The position numbers and the translations under genes were made by a program. Shown piece after piece: positions 14,130 through 27,445 of a stretch of DNA of 248,000 nucleotides. The DNA lies in assembly GCA_029953675.1 (NCBI GenBank), contig JAMWBK010000004.1, forward strand, positions 1,012,001 to 1,260,000, given 5' to 3'. The notes beneath the pieces were generated by a model. That model saw only the letters and a list, made by a program, of their open reading frames with translations, did no database searches and was not told the origin of the DNA. The stretch is from Rhodosorus marinus CCMP1338. Its lineage: Eukaryota > Plantae > Rhodophyta. Position 1 is the stretch's first letter. Every line of letters starts with the position of its first letter.

Positions 14130-15560
14130 GGGACTAGACAATGCGCACCCTCCAGATTTCAGGTCTAGTCGACGACAACGTGCGGGACACGATGTGGCAG
14201 GCAGTGGTCTCCGGACGACTGACGGTATCCTCCAGCAACGGCAACTTGTGGTAGAGTATTCTCACGATATTGTTTCTCAGCTCCGCTCCACGTTTTCCCG
14301 CGGAAGACTCTCCGTGGGTCTCGTCTTTGACGCGGAGATGGAGGCGTCCCAACCAGCCTGCCAGGCTGGTTGGGACGTGTGAGGGTGAACAGTTGGTGGT
14401 TACCTCGGATGCGGTGCGAGAGGTGGCCCAGTCTGCCCTCCGAAGGGTCGTTCTCCTGGGCACTCGGGGTTGCGTGTGGAGTATCGAACGAATGGTTTAA
14501 TCGGAGGCTGAAACAAAAAACCCCGAGGGGAAAAAAAGACTAAGTGCGGCGAAGAACTCGCGCCTCCAACATCAAAGCGGCATTCATGCGCCACAGCAGG
14601 AAACTTAAGCGGGTAAACAACGATTGAAGACGGTCAGGGCGTTCGCGGAACAACTCCCGAAGCCAGCGAGAACCAACAGAGTCCATGAACCCAAAGCACT
14701 CAATGATCACGGGTACCAAGCGATGTGCTAGTGCCGAAGCACGAACACCAGGGGAAGACAAAGCCCCTGCGTATTTGATCTCTTTGCGGCATCTCATACT
14801 GGCGGCGGCAGATCCACGGCGCTCCCCCGCAGCCGGGAGATAACGACTAGCTTGAGGATTAGGAACAGCAAGATCAACGTATGTGGTACGGGGGCTGTCG
14901 TCACAGGTGATCACCAGGTCGGCTACACGGCGTTCATCATTTTGAAAGTCCGCGACGGGTAAAGTTTTCTCACGTTCGATTTCCAGACGGGCTTGCCGGA
15001 CTATAGGCCGAAGTTCCCGGTATAACAGGTTCAAGATCCGTGTATGGCGGCGGGTTCGGGCACCTTTCACCGCCAGTATCACCGCCTTTTGGATGAGGAC
15101 AGTATGAAAGCGACAACGCAGTGCTGGAGGGATCGTCAATGGCGATCCTTTTTGTGATCGCATATGCTTTTTACTGGGGCGAACGCAGCTATATTTTGCT
15201 CTCCAAGTCGAGTCATACTGCTTCGATTCCTACCATTCGCCCTATTGGCATGGTGGAAATGGTCCGGAAACTGGCCGCCAGTTGGCCGGTCAAGGTTTTG
15301 TTCCCCAAAATCCTGCTGTTTCTTTAGACACACGCAGTTGAGCGTGGGTTATCGCGGTGGTTGCTAGCTGTTGTTACCCCTTTCTTGCTCGGAAATGACC
15401 TACTTCCCGGATTACAGGTAATTATACCTAGACTTCGGGAAGGAATTTAATCGTCTCTCCTGCCGGCCATCATGCATGTGGTACATCAGGTCCCTGTAGC
15501 TTTTCCATTTTTTTGTCGTGTGTACTCTTTGCTGGGCCATGGGCCGATCTATGAAATCCA
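14130..15560. mobile_element. CRE family A fragments (RLE 3' end on minus, RT pieces)
   Basis: ORF 14540..15163 is near-identical to the RLE of 169114..171978. Confidence 0.9.
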
Positions 15561-16117
15561 TGGCCCCTCCTCGCACTCCTTTGGGCGCGGGCTGGGGTTC
15601 AACAGGGTGACCGCTTGCCCCGCTCTTGCACGCCCGTCGAAATCAGGTCGTTTTGCTAGCCTGCATTCCGAGTTCCGCACAGTGAGATTTGCCACGATGT
15701 CTGCCTCCTGCTCCCCCCTTCCCCCCGGATGCTCTCACGGCGGCGTACGATCGTCTTCTCACAATGACACTACCGAACATTCCGGACTAGTTCGGAGACT
15801 GGCAAAAACCACCACCACCAGGTATGGGCAGGCCACAAAAGGTACACAAGCGGTAAGAAGGTACCCCGTAGCCTTTATCCCAGAGTAACGTAACCCCAGT
15901 ATACCAGTCATCATCCAATCCTTTCTGCCCTCAAGTGAGATGACCAGTGGAAACCGCTTTGCGCAGATCTAAGTTATCATAGCGATCCTTAGTCTCCGAC
16001 TCTGGTTTGATCCCATATGAAAGGGCTGAGGAGGGAGCACAGGCTCGTCCGTTGTTTGACCGGAAAACAAAAAAAAATTAATATTTATATGTCCATAGAT
16101 GACCTTCGGTTGCTATC

Positions 16118-17029
16118 CTACACGTCATATTCACTGCGGAGGTCTGAGTGCTCCGGGTACTCATTAGGATCTTCGACTATTATATCGGAGCTGACATAGG
16201 AGCGCTCTTGCTCTAGACCTTCGACTATTTTATCGAAACTGACATAAGAGCGCTCTTGCTCTAGATCGTCTTTCACCGGTTGCTTTCTGAACATTGCCAT
16301 GACCCTGAGGACGAAGACGGCGGTCACAGTGACGAGGTCGAATATCACTAGAGCGAAGAAGAATGGACTCAGCTTATCGACGAAGTCGAGGAACTGGCAC
16401 ATAGACGATGCTTCGCCGAATGATGCCGCACAATCGTTGGCGATTGATGCACAGATGAATGCTGCGAGCTCAAGTCCTCCTACGAGAAACAGAGGAACCT
16501 CAACCAGAGAATCGAAGAAGAGCACGAATCTTAGGGTCCACTCGAAGACGTTGTCCGCCCGCCAAAACCTACAAGGTTCGTTGAAGAAAGGTTTTCCGTC
16601 GAGGATTGTCATCCCTCGAAGGGACGATCGGTAGATATCAAACCGGCCACAACAGAAACACAGTGAAATAGCCACGCACGTCGCGGCGATTAGGTAGATC
16701 AGTGGCCAGGAGAAGAAGGCAATTATCGTCAGGTGAAGGGCGCTAATGACCATGCTCACACACGGATACTCGCAAGGAGAATCCGTGATGTTCAAGTGCT
16801 GATCGAAACCATCTCCACAATTCTCCACATCAACACAAATGTCCTCGGAATTGCCGGTCGCTTGATACACGATGGGGTAAACAATCGAGGTCGGCGGAAC
16901 GTTGTAATTGAAAAACAAGTAGATGCTCGTACAAAGCATAAACAGGTTGATCAAAAGATACATACACATCAAACACAGAGTCTTCACCCTCGACATTTTC
17001 GACATTTTCCCACCCCCGAAAAACAACAA
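16118..17029 (-). CDS. Hypothetical multi-pass membrane protein (about 4 TM, Cys-rich loop)
   Basis: Clean 303-aa ORF with hydrophobic helices and a duplicated C-terminal LEQERSYVS motif. Confidence 0.65.
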   Translation of the reverse strand: MLFFGGGKMSKMSRVKTLCLMCMYLLINLFMLCTSIYLFFNYNVPPTSIVYPIVYQATGNSEDICVDVENCGDGFDQHLNITDSPCEYPCVSMVISALHLTIIAFFSWPLIYLIAATCVAISLCFCCGRFDIYRSSLRGMTILDGKPFFNEPCRFWRADNVFEWTLRFVLFFDSLVEVPLFLVGGLELAAFICASIANDCAASFGEASSMCQFLDFVDKLSPFFFALVIFDLVTVTAVFVLRVMAMFRKQPVKDDLEQERSYVSFDKIVEGLEQERSYVSSDIIVEDPNEYPEHSDLRSEYDV

Positions 17030-18629
17030 CCTTCAACACCCCCTCACGAGTTCTCATCTAACCATGCGTCACTGCAAGCTCGACTTCCAGAGTTCACTCG
17101 CCAGTCCCAGTCTACATATACAAACGAGTCGAGTCGAAGTATTGGTTCAATCCCAGCTGTCGATCACCTTGTACAGCCGCCACCTTGAGAAACGTTTTCC
17201 CAACTAGGCGTCATGTGTTGGTGCTGCGAGAGGTCTCCATTGGAGAAAAAAATGGATCAGGATCCTGCACAGGGGCCAATCAACGACGCTACTCATGTTG
17301 TCAGCACAAGTCGACTAACTGAAAGCAGAGAAGAGTTGTCAGTCTCCTCGCAGCAAAGGTTGGGGCAATCAATCCAAAAAAAAGCAAACCACACCAAAAA
17401 GTATAGTATAGTGACAACCCAGCTGCGGCCATAGATAAGCTATTTTTGTCCCTGCCTTACTGCTAATTCTACCGGCTTCGACTTTTCACGACAGTTAAAG
17501 GTAGAATTGAGCCAACCAAATGGGGCCTTCCCGACATGTTGGTATATTTATGGATTATAGTCCTAAGTTTAGACATTCCCAACGGCCTATTACGTTTAAA
17601 TATATCTGAAATCCAATATATCAGGAGTGTTATTTGTTAATTATGGATTCAAGATATGTTTGGGAGAGCAGGATCTTACGATTCTAGCAGCAGAAGAATA
17701 TTCCGCATTCTAATTATTTTCGAGCACATTTTACAATTTCGGCTTTCTGGAGAGTTAATGAATTCGAGCTGACGATTGCCATCTTTTCTAGCTGAATTTA
17801 TTCCGAAAACTACGAACGGAATGGATGAATTTTAGCGTATCTAATCAACAAATTCATTCTCCTCCAATAGAGAGCACCCGAATTAGCGGATTGGGTTCTA
17901 CTAAATAATGAAAAACCATACGATAGCGCGGAAATCCAGAGCGGGAAATTGAGTTGGATTCGGCATGAAAGGATGCCAATATTTTTGTTGAAACTACATT
18001 TTTGTGGAAGTAAGAATTTGAGCCATTTCCTTTTTTGCCCTGAGAAACCGTTGTATCTAGAGCCAACCGCCACATGAGATACTCATCAATCATTTAGGAA
18101 ACCTCGTTATTGAGCTGGTTTTGGGTTGTAAATGAGCGTGTTTGAACGTTGTGTTCCTTCGGGAATGAATTTGCGCGAATATGGTTCTCAAATAAGCAAA
18201 ACCAAGTGTTACCGAGGGAAGCTTGATATTGGAAATAATGTCAAAACTTCGGTAGAGTCATTTGGAGTCTCACCATCTCGGTATCGACCTCTCCATTACG
18301 GCGGAGTTGCGATCGATCTTCTTGCTCTGGATGAATGAATCAGAGTTACGGTGTCTTACTCTCCGTGATTTGGATGAAGCACCGTCCCAGCCAGAGCCGA
18401 GGTTGTGTGGACGAGGGTAGATTAAGTTCAATATGTGCTTATAAGTAAAATCCATTAGCGAACCAAATCACCTCGTAAAACTTGATAGTAGAAATAGTAC
18501 TCTGCGTGAAAGCTTCCTCTACCCGATTTGGATACCGACGTGAAGAGGGTAGCGCATCTTTACTGTACCCTCGTCACCACCGACCGGCCAAGGGGGCGGC
18601 ATTCACCGTCGAGGGATGCCACGCAAAAA

Positions 18630-18790
18630 AATGCGAGTTTAGAAAAACAGTAAAAAAATGGAAAAAGTGGAAAAAGAGTAAAAAATGGAAAAAGAGTAAA
18701 AAAGTGGAAATTGTGGAAAATGTGGAAAGGGTGGAAAAGGTGGAAAAAGTGAAAAACACGGCAGAAGTGGAAAAAGTGGAAAAAGTGTAA
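18630..18790 (+). repeat. Degenerate (AAAAGTGG)n-like array
   Basis: Tandem GTGGAAAAA/GTAAAAAA units seen directly; related to the 144.7k array. Confidence 0.85.
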
Positions 18791-18899
18791 AATAGGGGTG
18801 TGTGCCAAGTGGGTCGGGTTTTTCGCTGTTTACGTCCCAGAAGTGGTTAAACCCGGGGAAAGGGTCAATAGGCGATTCCAGAACGCCTTAACGTAGGTG

Positions 18900-20400
18900 G
18901 CAGAGAAATTTTCATGACTATAGCGGGTTTTTAGTGGGAAAAGGGAAATCCACCTGGTTTTTTAGGGTTAAAGTTTTTTTTTAATTTTTGGGCACTTTAA
19001 CGGGAGCGCGGAGATGGTGAAGCAGAGGACAAGGGACCTACAGGGTATATGAGTAGAAGAGCTACTTGAGCTCGACTCGGCCTTTTTGAGCATTCCCAGA
19101 TTGGATAATTAAGTTTCTTGAAGGAAGTGGGATCATCGTTCTTTTCACAAGAGCATTGGAAGGCCGAGGGATAGTCATGAAATAGATGCGGAGGCAATAA
19201 GTCCTAGCTTGCGAACATCAAGTCTTTGTAGGGACTTTTTCCAAGTTTTTGGAGTTCGTTTCTTTGGCTAGAAGTTATTTATCATCAGTTTATTCAATAA
19301 AGGAATAACTCCTCAGCTTCTGTGTTTCAAGTTGCACAGGCTTCGGATGCCTTTCTAGGAAGTATCTGAAATGAAGAGTTCATCAACGTCTTCATATTTC
19401 GGAAGAAGCTTTCCGGTCCTTTCTCCTCGCCATCTGTATCTTAGTAGCTCTGCTAGACTACGTGAACGGAACGTTCATTCTACTCTTTGAACTCGTGCAT
19501 GCTAGCAGCGTCCAGCGGGTAGAAAGCAACTACGCGATCTCCAGGGTTGAATAAAACCTCCCTCACCGTCAACTCCTCATGCAGTTCCTTCAGATCTTCC
19601 GCAAGATCTGTCGTCACCGGTTCTGCCTCCTGTCAAGACCTCAGGTTGTTGTCGATTCCGAAACACCTAACATTGCATGAAAGTGGGAACAAATCAATGC
19701 CGAATGCACTGCTGAATTGTATCGAAAACAAACCAAAACGGCTTGATCATATAGAGTACTGTTGAACTTCTCAGCCGCTCCGTTGGTCTGAAGATGAAAA
19801 GCACTTGTCAGGAGCCTTCTTCTGCCCATCTTTCTGCAGATATCTTGCAGGGCATTTGAGAAGAAACTCGTTCCCGAGCGCTCCGAGGGACCAAAAAGTA
19901 GAAACCATCGCTCCGTGATGATCTTCGATAGCACCTCCGTCCCCGCTCGAATCGGTATAACTACCTCGAATCTCGTCAGAAAATCCGTATCGACCAAGAC
20001 CTTACAATGAACATTGACGACTTTTGGCGATACCTCTACTACATCAGCTGCCACGATCTCAAACCGCCCTGTCCGAGTGCTTCCCCATCCTGTCAAAGGA
20101 CCGCGTTTTCAAAGGCCCAAGCTTCCCCCACTGTTCCAAACCTTTGAAAACAGGTGCATTTTTCCGTTGCCCACTAAGAATCCACGATATTCAGGGCGGT
20201 AGAGCACGAGCAACAGTGGGGGAAGCTTGACCGATTGGAAAACGGTCCGTTGACAGGTTGGGCAGCAGTTCTGTGGAGGTAGTGAAACAGAGGACAATGG
20301 ATCCACAGGGTATGCGAAGAGCAACTTGAGCTCGACTCGGTCTTGGGAGAATTCGCCAGTTTGCAGGTGATTAAATGAATCCTGGACGCGACTAGCGGGA
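18900..20400 (-). mobile_element. Ty3/Gypsy integrase remnant
   Basis: ORF 19641..20096: IITERWFLLFGPSER..TSAFHLQTNGAAEKFNSTL. Confidence 0.7.
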
Positions 20401-20655
20401 GCACCAGTTCTCAAACATACCACCTCACCTCTGGGTCTTCAAAAAACAGCCGAAAAACGGTGGTTTTACTATTAGCAGAAACGGTAGGTTATGTTAGGCC
20501 ATAATCCTTGCGAGCTTATCGCCGAGCTCTTCTGCTTGTTTCCTTTCTCCATGGGCGGACAAAAGTCAGTTGTGTAAACTCCCTCGCGTTTTCCGCTTTA
20601 GCGAAACGACGCTTGAAGGCGCGAACTCTGGCGCTGAAGCAGATCTCCCGCTGGA

Positions 20656-20847
20656 TCAGTGAGTGTCACCTGCCATCATGTACCGATTGCGCTTCTCCAG
20701 GCACTTGAGGCGTTCCATTTTGTTGCTTACCGGTAGGCCGCAATGCTTGCAAATCAGCTTAGCCCCAACATTGTCGTGGTTGCGGATTTTGCAACGTTTT
20801 GGTATCCTGAAGTTGCAACCCAGTTCATAGTCCTTTTTCCTCGTCAT
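20656..20847 (-). pseudogene. BED-finger-like fragment (DNA transposase N-terminus)
   Basis: ICKHCGLPVSNKMERLK resembles hAT BED fingers. Confidence 0.4.
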
Positions 20848-20864
20848 CTGTATCGCAGTAGTTC

Positions 20865-21808
20865 AGCGCGCTGGGAGCCGAGCTCAAGCACGCACGGATG
20901 CGCTGCAAAATATCCTTTCTTGGGACTTGCACCGTGCTGCATATGGCCGACTCCTCGCGCAGATGGTCTCATCTTCTCGCGCTCGCGCCCGCCTACGTAG
21001 TCTTGGAGGGGTTCTTAGCTCTCAGTGGCTCATGACCGTACCAGCCTTTCCGCCACTCACACTGTCGGATTTCGAAGTGCGTACTTCACTGCGCTTATAC
21101 CTCGGCTTACAGCAGCCCCCTTGGCCGTACGAGATGGGTTCGTCGTGCCCTCTCTGCTCTCAGACTGAAGACAACGCAGATTTTGGCGCCCACCTGCTCG
21201 CTAGTTGCCCGGCGGTGAAAGGTGCTCGAACCCGCCGCCACACACGGATCTTGAACCTGTTATACCGGGAACTTCGGCCTATAGTCCAGCAAGCCGGTCT
21301 GGAAATCGAACGTGAGAAACCTTTACCCGTCGCGGACTTTCAAAATGATGAACGCCGTGTAGCCGACCTGGTGATAACCTGTGACGACAGCCGCCGTACC
21401 ACATACGTTGATCTTGCTGTTCCCAACCCTCAAGCTAGTCGTTATCTCCCGGCTGCAGGGGAGCGCCGTGGATCTGCCGCCGCCAGCATGAGACGCCGCA
21501 AAGAGATCAAATACGCGGGGGCTTTGTCTTCCCCTGGTGTTCGTGCTTCGGCACTAGCACATCGCTTGGTACCCCTGATCATTGAGTGCTTTGGGTTCAT
21601 GGACTCTGTTGGTAGTCGCTGGCTTCGGGAGTTGTTCCGCGAACGCCCTGACCGTCTTCAATCGTTGTTTACCCGCTTAAGTTTCCTGCTGTGGCGCATG
21701 AATGCCGCTTTGATGTTGGAGGCGCGAGTACTTCGCCGCGCTTAGTCTTTTTTTCCCCTCGGGGTTTTTTTTTTTTTCAGCCTCCGATTAAACCATTCAT
21801 TCATTCAG
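20865..21808 (+). mobile_element. Young 5'-truncated CRE family A copy
   Basis: ORF 20927..21745 is near-identical to the C-terminus of 169114..171978; tail CCATTCATTCATTC. Confidence 0.95.
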
Positions 21809-22189
21809 TTCTGCTACTCTGTGTGAACGGAGCAAATAGTCTACTCTTTGACCTCGGGCATGCTAACAGCAGATTATGTCAACCCATAGCCATCCGTCCG
21901 CGTTCCCATTTTCCATCGCTTTCCGCCACTCCAGAATATATTGAAACAAGCAAGAAACATATGTGCAAGCTGTATGACCAATAGAAGAGGCTTCGGGTTC
22001 ACGTTCACCATTCATAATCCTTTAAGAAAACCAAGTCCTTATCATTGGTAACCATAGCTCTAATTAAAGTATAAAAACACACCAGATTTAAAATACTACT
22101 TTATACAATTTAATTGTTTTCCATTTACGCAATAAATTACTGTAATTACAAGGTGCGTGAGCCAATCATTAAATTGCCCACCAACTCAA

Positions 22190-22385
22190 GGCTGGCCTTA
22201 CCCAAACTGGGCTTACCCAAACTGGGCTTTACCCAAACTGGGCTTACCCAAACTGGACTTACCCAAACTGGGCTTACCCACACTGGGCTTACCCGCACTG
22301 ATGGGCTGGACTTTACTGATGGGCTGGACTTTACTGATGGGCTGGACTTTACTGATGGGCTTACCCAAACTGGGCTTTATTTTCC
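22190..22385 (+). repeat. Tandem 15-mer (TACCCAAACTGGGCT) and 18-mer (CTGGACTTTACTGATGGG) array
   Basis: Seen directly. Confidence 0.9.
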
Positions 22386-24582
22386 CAGGCAGAGTCGATT
22401 CCGTGCAACGAACAAGGGTGGATAATTCGTTTTGATGGGGTGGGCATTATTTTAACGGGTAATTCCACTTCCCCGCTCCGGAAAAGTTTTATATTCTACC
22501 ATTGTGGAAAAGTGCCAAGAGTAAACGGCACACAAATATTCCCTGCCCCCGGGGGGGGTGGGAGGTGGCAATTCACTTCCTGGACAACCGGAGGCGCAGG
22601 ATAGTCGCCCCAAATAGTCTTTTTTCCTTCAGGGTTTATTCTTTCGGGGGGGGGGAGACTAAAATCTACAACAGAAGCCACATTCAATCACATGGGACAT
22701 CTTCTCAGGAACGACGGTATGCTGAGAGCATGGCCAGTTTCCCCTCTGCAGGGGGGCGTGCTCTCACAGGTTCCAGCCTTTCATTGTGGAAAGTTTTAGG
22801 CACATCTGGAAAAGTCCAGCTTGGAGTGGCTGCGGAAATGTTTTACTGACCATCCTGTTGAATATCTGTTTCTCTTATCCGGTTAAGTGTCGCTCTCTGG
22901 CGATATTCTATCAGAGTGTTCGCCGAGGTGCGCCATCGCCGCCTGGCTTTGCACTTTAGCTCCCTAGTTTCTAGTTCCCTTTCCCTCCCTGCGTAGTGCT
23001 TTAGGCTATCCTACTAAACCACGAAACATCTTCTTCAATCAGGAAACCGCAACCCCACCCCCCGCGCCCCCTCCCCTTTCTCGTTGCTCAATACGAAACC
23101 TCCATGACCTTGAAGAGATGCAGAACGCTTGGACAGAGTAAAACAAACCCTTTCACGCACTGCGTAGCGCTTCAGGCTATACTAGTAAATCCATCCAACA
23201 TTTTCTTCAATCAGGAAAGCCCACCCTACTTACCCCCACGCACAATCTCCCTCTTTCTCGTTGCTTGCAAGAAACCTCGATCACCTGGAAGGGGTGCAAA
23301 ACACTTGGAAGCAACCAAAAGGAAAAATAGGTAAGAACATAATATATTTCTGGCATTCTCCACGAACGTTTAGAATAGTTCAGTTTGTTGACTGAATGAA
23401 TATGTGTATATTCGAGTGGTGAACCACCAATTCTGTTGGTTCATATTGCCAAATTCGCGACCTCCTGACAAAAAGGACCTTGTACGGATTTTGCATCTTT
23501 AGGTTGAATGTTGAACAAAATATGTCCATTTATTGTTCTAAAAAATCAACCTGAATTGTTTTTGTAAATTGATCATGTATATACACCCGTACCAAAACCT
23601 GAAAAATATAAAAATATATTCTGTACAGTTGAGATGTCGATCACCGAACTTCCACAATTATATTCGTTTACGAAAAACCCTTAATGAAGGCTACGACAAT
23701 AACGTATAGTCTATATTATGGTTGTTTTTATCTAAGAAAGCTCCTATTCAATAGAAGATATATATCCCCATGTCTATCCATTTACATAATTTAATTGTAA
23801 AAATGCTTTGATTCTCCTGAAACCAGCTCTTCCCTTTTTGCTGTGCTCTACACAAGACAACCCAAAAAAAAAATCTCTAACATGCTTATGGTCTCGAAAA
23901 ACCATCGCCTCACCCCACCCCAAGGGCCCGTACCCACCAAGGGGGGGTGTGGGGTTGAGCTCTGCTTGAGACTTCCTAGGAGAGATCAAAGATGTTCTCC
24001 AGTCCGGGAACCCCCTGACCGTCTGTCCACGTCGTTTACCCGTTAAAGTTTCTCACTGTGGCGTATGAACGCTGTTTTGATGTTGGGGGTTGGTGATCTT
24101 CGCCCCGCTTGGTCTTTTTTTTTTCCCCCGAGGGTTTTTTGTTCCTTCAGCCCCCGATTAAACAGTTTCATTCGCGACAAGTATTAAATAGATAAATAGA
24201 TATAACTGAACCGTTTAAGGGAGGGTGGTGAAATCTTGTCTTTCGGAGATTGATGATCTATATTTAGGCTGATCTCTTCTTGTTTTTGAGCTGACCAGTG
24301 CAGTTCAATATTTCAAGGCGATTAGTTCATAAAAAAAAAATTTCTAGGCTAATAAGGCACCAGATAACGAGCTAGATGTAAGTACTTACAAACCAATCCT
24401 CGAGGTAAGGGATGGGTCCATTAACAGGATCTTCGACTGAGAATCGGGACAAGGACACGGCTACGACGACAAGGACTGGGTCAATGCCCGGGGCTCCTAG
24501 TTCCCTGACGGTTATGGATAGTTTCTGGAGATTTGTGAGAAAATTTTTGTCGCGGGATGGTTGGGGGCTCCTCCCCCCTGGC

Positions 24583-24672
24583 AGTATCGCGCATGACGAA
24601 CTCTTTTGACTCGATCGCGCATGACGAACTCTTTTGACTCGATCGCGCATGACGAACTCTTTCGACCCGATA
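24583..24672 (+). repeat. 28-bp tandem repeat x3 upstream of the sulfatase
   Basis: ATCGCGCATGACGAACTCTTTTGACTCG repeated without spacers. Confidence 0.9.
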
Positions 24673-24892
24673 GCGCAAACGTGTAAAACAATTATGAACA
24701 ATGTTGCGTCTTTTCGACGAGAGATGGGTTGCCATCTTCGCTTCCGGGAGGATGCAGATTTGCTAGGGACAGCGCGCTGGATATTCGTTTTAGTTGCGAG
24801 GTTGGGGAGTTTTTGAAGTCGCGAGTTTGATTAGGTGAGGAGGAAGGGTGACGGTTGTTTGATCGCGGTTAGCGTGCTGTTTTTTTTCTTCC

Positions 24893-26578
24893 ATGGGAAG
24901 GATGAGATCTTTTGGGATATGGTTCGGGTTGTGGGTGGCCCTGATGGGTTTTGGAGAGTGCCAGGGCGAAAAACCGAACGTGATTGTGATTCTTGTTGAC
25001 GATCTGGGCTATGCTGACTTGGGAGTCCAAGGGAGCGATGTCGTCAAGTCTCCTCATATCGACAAACTCGCAAAGGATGGAGTCATCCTCACCGACGGAT
25101 ACGCTCCGCACAATTTTTGTGGGCCATCGCGGTCCGCTCTTTTCGCAGGGATTTGGCCGTTCAGAATTGGCGCCCAGTTCAATGCCCCCAAAGACTACTG
25201 GGACAACCTCGTTGGACTTCCACTAGGTTACAAAACAATACCTGAGACGATGCAGGAGGCTGGATACCAGACCTACTGCGTTGGAAAATGGCATTTGGGA
25301 TACACTCCCGAACATCACCCGAAGAACCGTGGCTACAACGGCTTCTTCGGGTTTCTCAAGGGCTCATGGAACTATAGACTATCCAAAATGTACGACGAGC
25401 AACTCGATGACTATGATTACATCTACAGAGGGTTCAAACGAGTTGGTGGCATCAAGTACATCACAGATAACTTCACGGACGCCGCTATAGGCTACATTGC
25501 TCGTTCGAATAGGCTTGGAAAGCCTTTCTTTCTGTACCTGTCGTACAACTCGCCGCATGCGCCGATCATTTCCTTGAAGGAGGATCTGGACCCAGAGGTC
25601 CCGGCGAATCGTCGAAACTACGTGGGAATGATTAAATCACTGGATCGAGGAGTCGAAAAAATTCGCTCCTACCTCGAGAAACTCGGCATAGCCGAGAACA
25701 CCGTCATCATGTTCTCCAGTGACAACGGCGGACATAAACACGGCGCAATAAACGAACCGCTGAGGGATATGAAGGGTTCCTACTATGAAGGCGGCCTAAG
25801 GGTGCCGTGGTTCATTACCTGGCCTGGTACTCTCCAACCCGGGCGGACATTCACCAAGTTGGCGACGCATATGGACATCTACCCGACTTTAGAGAACCTT
25901 GCACAAGTTCCTGAGGGGATGAAGAATCCTACCCTCGTCGGCGTTGATCTCCTGCCTTACCTCAGGAAGGTTGGTCAGAGTACGCCGGAGGCAAGCGGAG
26001 CGACTCATCCTTTCCTTTACTTTGGAGGCCCTGCCGCTTCAGGTAAAAGCGTTGGAATGATTCGTCAAGGCCGCTGGAAGCTTGTCATCATTAACGAGAA
26101 CGACAACTCCGAAAACGAGCTCTACGACCTAAGGGCGGATCTAAGCGAAACTACGGATTTGTCGGATGACAGGCCGGGGAAAGCCACGAGATTGTTCGAC
26201 ATCTGGACGGAATGGAACAGTGAGAATATTCTGCCGGTATATGGTAGATCCCGCGCTAAGAACCCGCTGCTGCTTGAGCTTTCCGTCGTGGCCGACGAAG
26301 TCGTGATAACACCGGGTGTGCCAATCTCCTTCGAGGCAGCGGGGTCGAGCGCTGATGGGGAAACCGTGACCTACTTTTGGGAGACTTTCATCCCTGTACG
26401 TGTAGATGAGGCGACCTACCGGGACGTATGGACCGATGGTGTCACCAGCACTTCGCGAACGGAGGACTCCATAAGCATCACTTATTCGAACCCGGGTGAT
26501 TACATCGTCCGCGTCACTATTCAGACCGAGCGATGGCAACTGTGGGAGGATGTCCAGATACAAGTCGTACCAGAATAA
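24893..26578 (+). CDS. Secreted S1 (formylglycine-dependent) sulfatase with a C-terminal PKD-like domain
   Basis: Signal peptide; KPNVIVILVDDLGY; CGPSRSALFAG (CxPSR); GKWHLG; FSSDNG; YEGGLRVP; PKD-like tail (YSNPGDYIVRVTI). Confidence 0.92.
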   Translation: MGRMRSFGIWFGLWVALMGFGECQGEKPNVIVILVDDLGYADLGVQGSDVVKSPHIDKLAKDGVILTDGYAPHNFCGPSRSALFAGIWPFRIGAQFNAPKDYWDNLVGLPLGYKTIPETMQEAGYQTYCVGKWHLGYTPEHHPKNRGYNGFFGFLKGSWNYRLSKMYDEQLDDYDYIYRGFKRVGGIKYITDNFTDAAIGYIARSNRLGKPFFLYLSYNSPHAPIISLKEDLDPEVPANRRNYVGMIKSLDRGVEKIRSYLEKLGIAENTVIMFSSDNGGHKHGAINEPLRDMKGSYYEGGLRVPWFITWPGTLQPGRTFTKLATHMDIYPTLENLAQVPEGMKNPTLVGVDLLPYLRKVGQSTPEASGATHPFLYFGGPAASGKSVGMIRQGRWKLVIINENDNSENELYDLRADLSETTDLSDDRPGKATRLFDIWTEWNSENILPVYGRSRAKNPLLLELSVVADEVVITPGVPISFEAAGSSADGETVTYFWETFIPVRVDEATYRDVWTDGVTSTSRTEDSISITYSNPGDYIVRVTIQTERWQLWEDVQIQVVPE

Positions 26579-26990
26579 AAGACTGCGACCAGCAGTTGCA
26601 CAATTGCTCTTGTAACACTCTCCCAATAGAGTACCAGGCCTGCATAAACATCCCCTATTCGAGCCCGGGAGATTACTTTGTCACCGTCACTATTTAGTCC
26701 GAGCGATGGCAACTGCGGGAGCATGTCCGGATACAAGTCGTACCAGAATAAACGGCTCCGACCAGGGCCTTGCGCTGTTGCTCTTATAACGCTCTCCACA
26801 CAGAGTACCAGGACTCCATAACATCACCTACTCGGCCTGGGAGACTACATCGTCCTCGTCACCACTCAGGCCGAGCGGCGACAGTGGGAGGATATCCGGA
26901 TACAATTTGTACCAGAATAAAAGGCTCCGATCAGTGCCTTGTGCAGCTGCTCAAAAAAAAAAACGCTCTCCACACAGAATGCCGGACAAG
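26465..26990 (+). repeat. About 175-bp degenerate triplication of the sulfatase 3' end and UTR
   Basis: Three copies of CCGAGCG..GATACAA..GTACCAGAATAAA. Confidence 0.85.
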
Positions 26991-27445
26991 GTGATCTAGG
27001 CAGCAACAGACTTGGACGGCCACGCGGTTTTGGACGTTAGACCAATCCTGCAAGTCCCAAGTCGTCAACGTAGTCGACTATTGGCCAACAAGGAGTGGAC
27101 GAGAAGGAAAGGTGACTCCTCAACAGTCCGGCACTCGCAGAACCCAATGCCTGCCCTCCACACTGAGGATGTTCAAGAACCCCAGCCTTTGTTTTAATGC
27201 CATGAACGTACTAGAGCTGCGTACATGCTCCATAGCTCCGCTGAGTGCATAAAAAAAAGAGTAAGAATTCCGTCCGTGCCAACGCTCTTCCATCTTCTTC
27301 AGCGGGAGATGGGCTAGGCAACAACGAGTTGCTCAGTCTCACGCCTGAATAGCCCTGCGTAATTTTCAGTGAAAGGAAAAACGTATGAACAAGGTCGTCG
27401 GGAACGATCCAGGTTTTTCTTAGCCACTGATTCCAACACCAGTAC

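Noticed and set aside
18482-18808. ORFs rich in K/W/E or F/H/T (also 144536..145069, 22114..22435, 69368..69573)
   Set aside because: They are translations of simple tandem repeats.
24583-24672. 28-bp repeats as a CRISPR array
   Set aside because: The units are contiguous with no unique spacers, there are no cas genes, and the context is eukaryotic.
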